Shown here piece by piece: positions 36,123 to 44,803 of a stretch of DNA of 44,803 nucleotides. A program made the position numbers and the translations under genes. The DNA comes from Phoronis australis (Eukaryota; Animalia; Phoronida). Position 1 is the first letter of the stretch. Each line of letters starts with the position of its first letter. Location of the stretch: positions 109,720 to 154,522 of the forward strand of contig NMRA01000116.1 in the NCBI GenBank assembly GCA_002633005.1, written 5' to 3'. Below the pieces are notes generated by a model, which did no database searches, was not told the DNA's origin, and saw only the letters and a list, made by a program, of their open reading frames with translations.

Positions 36123-39100
36123 AAACAAAAGCAATGTGGAGCGTTGAAATGCCCAAATTTCACAAAAATCTGTCAAGGAACTTCAGAGAAAGAAAGGAAA
36201 ATGAAAAAAATGAAATTGCCACAAGGGAGCACTGTCCGCCTCAGTCGTCGTCTATTGTTAGTTTCAAATAAATACACTTACCAATTTTTATAAAGAACCT
36301 GCACTAGGTTAAGGAGATACAGCTAAGGGTGCAAAAAAAAACTACCACTAAGAGGCGCCACAGTATTTGAAGTCGTCATTGTCAACCGTCCTCATCACAC
36401 TGAGAACATATACGCCAATTTTCAATATTATCCCTAGAATGGTTTGGTTGATAGCGAGGTGGATGCCAAAAAACAGACTCGAAAACAGTAAAAATGGCAA
36501 CTAGGTGGTACAAAATACCATGAACCCATCCGAAAACGGCTGAATAGGGTCACCTCACCAATAGATGTCTATGTTCTAAATTTTATGAAGCTCCGTTGAG
36601 GACCTTTGAATATACAGAGGTAAACGTAAAAACTAAAATTGACACTAGGGGGCAAACTGGTAGTCAGATCTGTGCAAAAGTAGTCACCGACTGTTGTCAA
36701 TATCATATAAATAAACTTGCTAAATTTAGTAAAGATCCTGCAAATGGATTAGGAGATAAAGCCAGTGGCGCAAAAACACAAAACTGACACTAGGAGGTGC
36801 CACAGTAGCCGAGTCGTCGGAAAACCATCGTCAATCATCCTCTTCATACAAAGAACATATAAGCCAATTTTCACAATCATCCTTAGAACGGTTTGGTTGA
36901 TAGAGGGGTGGACGCCAAAAAACAGACTCGAAAACAGTAAAAATGGCCACTAGGAGAGGCAAAATAACTCGAATCCAACCGAAAATGAAAGGATAGTGTC
37001 ATCTCACTAATAGATGCCTATCTGCCAAGTTTTATGAAAATCTGATGAGGAATTTTGAAGATGCAGAGGTAAATGTAAAAAACTAAAACTGCCACCAGGG
37101 GGCGCAACAATAGTCCGCTCCATGGGAAAGTCGTCATTGTTCGTTGTCAACATCATATAAATATACTTGCTAAATTTAGTAAAGATCCTGCATACGATTT
37201 GGGAGATACAGTCACGGGCGCAAAAAAACAAAGCTGCCACTAGGAGGCAGCACAGTAGTCGAAGTTGTCAGAAAAACATTATCAGCCACCCTCTTCACAG
37301 TAAAAACATACATGACAACTTTCAAAATCATACCCAGAGTGGTTTGGTTGATAGAAGGGCGGACACCAAAAAATGGACTCAAAAACTGTAAAATGGCCTC
37401 TAGGTGGTGCAAAGTACCTCGAATCCGTCCAAAAACGGGAAGATGGCATCAACTCACTAGTAGATGCCTAACTGCCAAGTTCTATGAAAATTCGTTGAGG
37501 ACCTCCAAAGATACAGAAGTAAGCACAAAAAACTTAAATTGCCACTAGGGAGCATACCGGTAGTCGGAGAGGTCCAAAATTCGTCGTCATCTTGATAGGA
37601 ACACATCTGCCAAATCTCATCAGGATCCTGTGATTGGTTTAGGAGATACAGCTGCGGATGCCAGACGCCCAGACAGAGACGACGGCAATATGCGACCACA
37701 CATAAATATATTGGCGCATAAAAATGGCCACTAGGGTGCGCAAACTACATCAAATCCATCTGTAAATGGGATGATAGCGTCATCTGACTAATACATGCCT
37801 ACAGGCCAAATTAAGATACAGAGGTAAACCTAATAAATTGAAATTGCCATTAGGAGGCAAACCGGTAGCTAGATGAATCTGAAAGTCATCGTCATCCATT
37901 GTCAACATCACATAAATAAATTTGCTAAATTTAATAAAGATCCTGCAAATGGTTTAGGAGATACAGCAATGGGCGCAAAAAAAACAAAACTGTCAGAGCA
38001 GACGAAATTGTCGGAAAATCATCGTCAGACGTCCTCTTAATAGTAAGAACATACATGCCAATTTTCACTATCATCCTTAGAGCGGTTTGGTTGATAGAGG
38101 GGTGGATGCTACAAAACAGACTCGAAACAGCAAAAATGGCAACTAGGCGGCGCAAACTTTGTCGAATCCATCCAAAAACGGAAGTATAGTCAGTGTCATT
38201 TCACTAATAATGCCTATATGCCAAATTTTATGAAACTACATTGAGTACCTTTGAAGATGTAGAGGTAAGCGTAAAAAACCAAAATTGCCACAAGGGGATC
38301 TGTCCGAAAGTTCGCTCATGCCATCCCATCCGTGAAAGGAACACATGTGCCAAATTTCATGAACGTATGTCAAAGGGTTTTGGAGATAGAGCAGCGGACA
38401 CCGGACGGACAGACAGAGATGACGGCATAATGCGCCCACACACAAATATGTGGGCGCATAAAAATGGCCAATAGGTGGAACAGATTATGCAGAATCCATC
38501 TGAAAATGTGAATTGGCTATAATATGAAATCTATTCATCAAAATTTCATGAAAATTCGCCAAGAACTTGTGAGAAACAGAGTGATGTAAAAAGCTAAAAT
38601 TGACACAAAGTGGCTAAAAAGCCGTTGAATCCGTCCAAAAATTTGCTCACGTCATCCCATTTTGATTTGACTGCGTCAGTTATAACTAAGCTAGCCTTTC
38701 AGATAATTCCCAAGAAGATTAATTATGCCATTTGACAGCAGAACTGTGATACGAAACCACCCAACTAATCATGATCATCCTTCTCGAAATAAAACAATTG
38801 CAACGCGGAAATATTTAAATGCACCTGTGAATGCACCGCAAACAGTGTGCTTCTGGGGGTGTTTATTTATAATATGAAAATGGCCATTAGATGGATCACA
38901 ATACATTGAAATCATCCAAAAATGGGAAGGTGCAGTCATCTCTAAAAAATTATTTGCCACATTTTATAAAAATACACCGAAGAACTCCAAAGATACAGGC
39001 AAACGTAAAAAAACAAACTGCCATTAAGAACCACAGAAATAGTCAAATCCATCCATCTGCTGTCAAGTTAATAGAAATACAACTGAAAATTTTCAAAAAT

Positions 39101-42100
39101 ATCTTGCAAGGGGTTTAGGAGATACAGGCTTTGTTGCAAAAAGTGTTACTAGGGTGCACCACAGTAGTTGGACCTGGGCCCGGTCTCCAATCTCCGTACT
39201 CAGACTCATACTCATACTCGAGATTTCATACTCAAAAATCGTGCTCACTGGAGTCGTACTCAAAAAAGCGTATCTAATGTCGTATTTCGAGTAGACTCCA
39301 AACGTACTCAAATCTGACACTCATACTCGAGTTGCTATGGAACTCTTTATGATGTGAAATGCAAAATCACGCAAAGCCGCGCTGATTCATCGCTCCCTAT
39401 TGGAATAGACCACCCCAAGAACTAGGCCTACATTATCGTCTGCTGTCGCTACAACTACAAGAGTATGTCTATAACGTGGAATTCTGAGTGTTCTGTAACT
39501 GTTGTTCATTTTTTAGTTTCAATAAATATTCTTATACCATTTCTTTGATACACTTGGCAATTATTAAGCTTTACTTCTTGAGTTCCTCACCCAGTCCCGA
39601 AAATGTCTTAAGAAATATGTAACAGCTAATCACATCACATCTCTGTTGCTAATTTAGTCTTGACATAAAACCCATTGCTGCGCAGGCCTACGCTGATGTC
39701 AAACTTTAATACTGCATCTTTGTATTTTACCGGGATGTATCAAGTGAGTTGACATTTGGCACGTGAGTTAAAAAACAATACTTGTGCAGGCATTCAGAGT
39801 TCACCAGTGGCAGTGAACGGGACGAGACGACTACTTAGAAATCGGCAAAATCTGGAATTCCATTTGGGGGTTGAGGAATTATAGATGACTAAGTTATGAT
39901 GAGAAATGTACCTGACAGGGAAGCGAACTTTTTTAACTTCCCTCCCCTCCTCGTCTTTTGGAAACCCTACAAACCGTAGGCACACATACCGAAATAAGGG
40001 CAGCACAAACTTTTCACACGACTTTTCCCAGAACTGCTTTCGACGCTTGTTATGACTCGCCGACAAGGGATTACAATGCGCCTGTTGCCAGGAATTGTAG
40101 AGGTTGAATGGCGGCCATAACATACAGTGATACGTCGGGTTAATAAGGTGAAGAATAAGAAGATTTAAGATCATGAAAACCATTATCTCTGAACTGAAAT
40201 TGAAGTGCTGAAATACGGTAAGAGGACTTATTTTTTTTAGATTTGCTGTGTTTCTTGGTTCCCTTTCGATATTTTGTTCTCTGGCTCGTATTTATTTTCG
40301 AATACGATTTCAAGCACACTGCTATACCAAACTTGAAATTTGAGCATAGACTCCGAATTTTTACTCAAAATCGTACTCGAAATATAGATGAGATACACCT
40401 CAGTTCGAGTACACTCGAAAACTGAGTACGTGCTCGAAATTTCGAGTACAGAGTTTTCGAGTATGACATTGAATACACCAAAGCTGAGTCTGTACTCGAG
40501 TTGAGTATGAAGTGTGAGTTTGAGTATGATTGGAGTCTGAGTACGGAGATTGGAGACCGGGCCCAGGTTGAAAATCCAATGTCAGTCATGCTCTTGTCAG
40601 TAGGAAAACATCTGCCAATTTTATGATGATACTCTGTGCAGTTTTGCAGATACAGAAGCAGAAGACAAAAACAGACTAAAAATAATTCAAATGGCCACTA
40701 GGTGACGCAAAATACAATGAAACTATCATGAAAAGGAAGGATGTTGCCGTCATCATGACAAAAATTCGTTCGCCCAAATTCATGAAACAGCATGACAGAA
40801 CACTGAAATTAAAAGAGACGAATTTGTAAAAAATAAAATTGCCACTAGGAAGCACAGAATGTAGTTGGATTGGCTGTCATCAGTTGCCATCTCCACAGGA
40901 ACACATCTGATAAATTTCAAGATCTTGCAAAGGGTACAGAGGTTCAGCCATGGACGCAAAAAATAAAATTGCCACTAGGGGGACCGGAATAGTTGAACAA
41001 CATCGATCTCAGTCTTCTCATCAGGAGCATAAATGATCCTTCAAGTGGTTTGGTGGATGGAGAGAGTGATGTCGAAAACATACACAATAAAAATGGCAAC
41101 AGAGTGGCGCACAATAGATCAAACCCGACAATGAGAATGAAAACCTATATAATTTATTGAATTTCATAAAAATCTTCCAAAGAGTTTAAAAGATAAAGAG
41201 GACAAGAGGGGATACAGTGGTAGTCAGTTCCATCCAAATGTCAGTGATGTTCGTTGTCAACTTCATGTATTAATACACTTGCCAAATTTAATAAATATTC
41301 TGCAGACAATTTGGGAGATACAACCATAGATGCAAGACTACCACTAGGCGGTGCCACAGAAGACTGAGTGGTCTGAAAATCATCATCAGCCATCCTCTTC
41401 ACAGCAGAAACATTATCACTAATTTTCATCCTTAAAATGGTTTGGTTGATAGTTGGGCGGGTGGCAAAAACAAACGAGAAAACAATAAAAATACACTAGA
41501 TGCCGCAAAATACATCAAATTTATCCCAAAATGGGAACATGTCATCATTTCTTTTATAGAAAGCTGTAAGTTACCAAATTTCATAAAAATCTGTCAAGAA
41601 ACTTCAGAGAAACAAAGGAAAAAGGAAAAAAATGAAATTGCCACTAGGGGGTGCAGCGTTTGTCGGATCTGTCTGAAAGTAGTCATCATCTGTTGTCAAC
41701 CTCACATCAATACAATTCCTAACCCTAATAATGACCTTGCAGTGGGCTTAGGAGACACAGCTATGGGTACAACAAAAAAACAAAACAAGTCATCAGAAAA
41801 TCATCGTCAAACATCCTCTTCAGAGGCAAACGTAAAAAAGTAAAATTGCCACTAGGGAGCACACAGGTAGTTGAATCCACTGGAAAGTCGTCGCCATTTA
41901 ATGTCAACTTCATGTAAATACAATTTAGTTACTAAACTAATAAAGATCCTGCAGTGGGTTTATTAGATACAGAATATAGCCGCAAAAACAAAACTGCCAC
42001 TAGGTGCCACAGTAATCGAAGTCATTTGAAATCGTCAACTGTCCTCTTCACACTAAGAACATAAAAGTCATGCCAATTTTCACAATCATCCTTAGAGAGG

Positions 42101-42485
42101 TTTGGCTGATAGAGGGGTGGAACTCAAAAACATACTCGAAAACAGTAAAGATGGCCACTGGATGGTGCAAAATACCTCGAATCCATCCAAAAACGGAAGG
42201 AAAGTGTCGTCTCACAAATAAATGCCAAATATGTGCCAAATTTCATAAAAATCCATTGAGGACCTTTGAAGATACATACTAGGTAAATGTAGAGGGCACA
42301 CTGGTAGTCAGATATGTCTGAAATTCATTGTAATCCATCGACAGCTTCATAAAACTCATCTCCCAAATCTCATCAAGATTCTGTAAGAACCTGCAAGGGG
42401 TTTAGGAGATACAGTTGCAGATCCCAGACGCCCAGACAGAGACGACGGCAATATGCAACTACATAATTATGTGGGCCCATAAAAA
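36123..42485 (+). mobile_element. Helentron/HINE-like array 3 (composite, several 3' ends), interrupted by a Harbinger element
   Basis: Heads at 36123 and ~38791; ~450-bp period (~36635, 37086, 37536); 3' hairpin ends at ~37724, 38464 and 42485 (e.g. atgcgcccaca-cacaaata-tgtgggcgcat). Confidence 0.82.
39176..40564 (-). mobile_element. Internally deleted PIF/Harbinger DNA transposon
   Basis: TIRs GGGCCCGGTCTCCAATCTCCGTACTCAGACTC and subterminal tactcga/tcgagta repeats. A minus-strand relic at ~39930-40110 reads LQFLATGAL*SLVGES*QASKAVLGKVV*KVCAAL...RFVGFPKDEEGREVK, resembling the HARBI1/Harbinger LRFxATG...FP region. Confidence 0.85.
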
Positions 42486-42551
42486 TACTTGATGTGTGTG
42501 TATACCAATCAGGTGACAGAAAAGCACAGCTCCGTCAGGAGCCTGGCTTAC

Positions 42552-42655
42552 CTGAGAATTTTTTCCATCTTAAGTTCGACAGGACTCGTGGCGTTGATCA
42601 TCTTTGTGTATGTGGCAGACATGTTACCTAGAAACGTACCCTTTTCACCACCCAA
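42552..42655 (-). CDS. PROM1: Prominin-like paralog A exon (LGGEKGTFLGNMSATYTKMINATSPVELKMEKILS)
   Basis: Splice sites cttccag| and AG|gtaagc, phase 0 to 2, joining to give ILSDCK. The 5' part of the gene lies beyond the right edge. Confidence 0.87.
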
Positions 42656-43388
42656 CTGGAAGATAAATTAACTGCTTAAGTCATCAAGCAAGTAAAAAGC
42701 TTTAATTAATAATTGCAAGACAATTTTCTGTCAACAAAATGACACTGCCAGGGATCAAATGCAGTTTTTCAAATTATCATAATACAAGTTTGCCAGTATC
42801 TGCAGTTGAAGAATATGATGACAATATTGAAAACAAAATATTTGAAGCAGCATTTCGCCCAATTAAGCTGGCAAAAAAACCCGAAAATTGAATTAGGCCT
42901 TATACTCTAAACTAAAAAGTGTCTCATAATATTCCAGTACCAACGAGAACACTGAAACCATCAGCGACTCAAGAGAACACTTCAGACCTTATTGGGGTTG
43001 GCCAATCCTAAAATTACAGGTTCCAAGGTGGCGCATACATGCATTGACTGTGACTTGATCTACCGGCTCATTTGGCAGTAATTCAAGACCAGTTAAGTGT
43101 TATCAAAAAAAGCTTTTAAGCCTCAAAGTGCTTTGGATAAAAATTCAGTACGCACAGCTAAAACTGAGGGAAAAAGCAGCTTACTCTTAAAACGCTTATA
43201 AATGGTGTAAGAATGATACCACAAATTTCCCGACTACCAGACTTAAGTACAATAATCCATCAATTATTTGTAGGACCTGGTATTGATTGTAATTGTATTA
43301 TGGTGAAGATTTCGCAGATCTATCTTTACCTTAAATAATGTGTTCAGGTGAACACTTCAGAAAACAGAAGTGCAAAAATTCAAGCTCA

Positions 43389-43442
43389 AACCAAGAACTA
43401 CAATGTGGTTATAACCAAGAACTACAAAGTGATTATAACCAA
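43389..43442. repeat. 24-bp tandem repeat, ~2.2 copies
   Basis: aaccaagaactacaa(t/a)gtg(g/a)ttat x2. Confidence 0.8.
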
Positions 43443-43787
43443 ATAAATCAGGTGAAACCAAGGACTGTTTCATGAAAGTGACTTAAGACTTGAGACAGGA
43501 ATTTGGTTTACTCACTTCACAATTGCTGAAAAATGGTTTACAGTAGCCAAGTAATTGTGAACACACCACAGTCTAAATATAATTAATAGAAATTATAACA
43601 AGTAACTGTATTTATTATCAGACACTTTGGACTTTAGCACAAGCGAGATTTAATGACTTTCCCAAAATAACTCTTTGGAGCACAAGACAAAATTTCTGAC
43701 TTCAGACTTGTTAAGTATTATGTCACCTTTTATTGAACAGACCCCAGGGTCATATTCTGTAACACCTGACAGCGTCAAAGCAAGTGA

Positions 43788-44305
43788 TACAAGAGCAACG
43801 CGGAGCATTGAAATGCACCCACAAATGCACTGCAAATGGTTTGCTTTTTTGCATTATAAAAGGGGCCACTAGAAGGCGTAAAGTATGTCCAATCCATCCG
43901 AAACGAGAACATATCATCGTTTCTTAACTGAAAGCTATTTACCAAATTTCAAGGAGCTTCAGAGAAACCGAGGAAAACAAAATAATAAAATTTCCACAAT
44001 GGGGCAGAGCGTTTGTCGGATTCATCATTTGTTGTCAACATACTTGCTAAATTTATTAAAGATCCTACAGTGGGTTTATGAGATACAGCTATGGACAAAA
44101 AAAAAACAAAACTGCTACTAGGAGGCGCCACAGTAGTTGAAAAGTTATCGTCAACTGTCCTATTCACACTAAGAATATGTATGCCAATTTTCACAATCAT
44201 CCTTACAGTGGTTTGGTTGAGAGAGGGACAGATGCAAAAAACAGACTAGGAAATAGTAAAAATGGCCGTTATATGGCACAAAGTATGTCGAATCCATACG
44301 GAGAC
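43788..44305 (+). mobile_element. Helentron/HINE-like array 4 (5' part)
   Basis: Head tacaagagcaacgcggagcattgaaatgcacccac followed by one degenerate unit. Confidence 0.75.
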
Positions 44306-44319
44306 AAGTCATTGTTTCC

Positions 44320-44803
44320 TTAAAGGAGCATGCCACCCAAAAATCAACCTTATTTGTATCAATTTAGATCGAGTAGTTCTACTTCATAATGACACGTACG
44401 GTTACGTTACCCGACACCTGACGGCAGACGGAGGTGTTGAAATTATCCAATGACGTCATCGGTTTCACCCGCATTCTGTTCAGCAGTTCACAACACGGGT
44501 TACTGGTGTCAGCTTATCGCTTGAAATCATCGTTTAACACGAATAAATCACCAAACTTCGATGCAAAACCCTTGAAAATACACCGAGTTCTTATAAAAAC
44601 GTGTTGTTTTATTTCGCTCTTACAGATTTATTGGTATTTGGACACACCATAGCCTACAAAGTTCAGCAGGCCAATAAGTTCCATAGCAGGAGTTTGGGGT
44701 CTGTTCCGAGATAATTTCGAAGTATTTTCCGTGACATACAGACAGGAGAACCTAGATCTGTGTTGTTTAGACTTGTGATTTTTCGAGTTCTAAACACAAA
44801 ACA
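44320..44803 (+). mobile_element. Kolobok-like non-autonomous element (left end), running off the window
   Basis: It begins TTAA-AGG where the HINE homology stops, and its internal part matches 2611-2759. Confidence 0.5.

Noticed and set aside
39794-40183. 129-aa ORF as an intact gene
   Set aside because: Most transposase similarity lies in a different, stop-interrupted frame, so it is a relic.
22074-44200. Many 60-130-aa ORFs within the repeat arrays
   Set aside because: They are not conserved in frame between units and have no domains; they are by-products of the repeats.

Overview
This is AT-rich, intron-containing animal genomic DNA, probably from a marine invertebrate; the species cannot be determined from the sequence. 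It has two ambiguous bases (9541, 29833). Two prominin (CD133)-family genes lie in tandem on the minus strand. Paralog A contributes its 3' half: phase-consistent exons from 42655 down to 17112, including TM5 and what look like alternative C-terminal exons. Paralog B contributes its 5' part: a signal-peptide exon at 11203 through five exons to 6079, continuing off the left edge. Introns and the intergenic region are full of mobile DNA: a decayed Gypsy integrase with PPT and short LTR, two LINE RT relics, a THAP relic, a deleted PIF/Harbinger element, several MITEs/foldbacks, a tRNA-derived SINE head and a (TG)30 microsatellite. The most striking structure is a family of Helentron/HINE-like elements in paralog A introns. 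Their internal ~450-bp tandem unit is built from three ~150-bp subunits, each carrying a CTCF-consensus-like motif, roughly 40 in total and all co-oriented. An inverted-repeat element at 14.6-14.8 kb carries a minimal hammerhead-ribozyme-like motif with a U3-A8 core variant. There are no prokaryotic features (no CRISPR, operon or rRNA). All calls were made by eye, without database searches.
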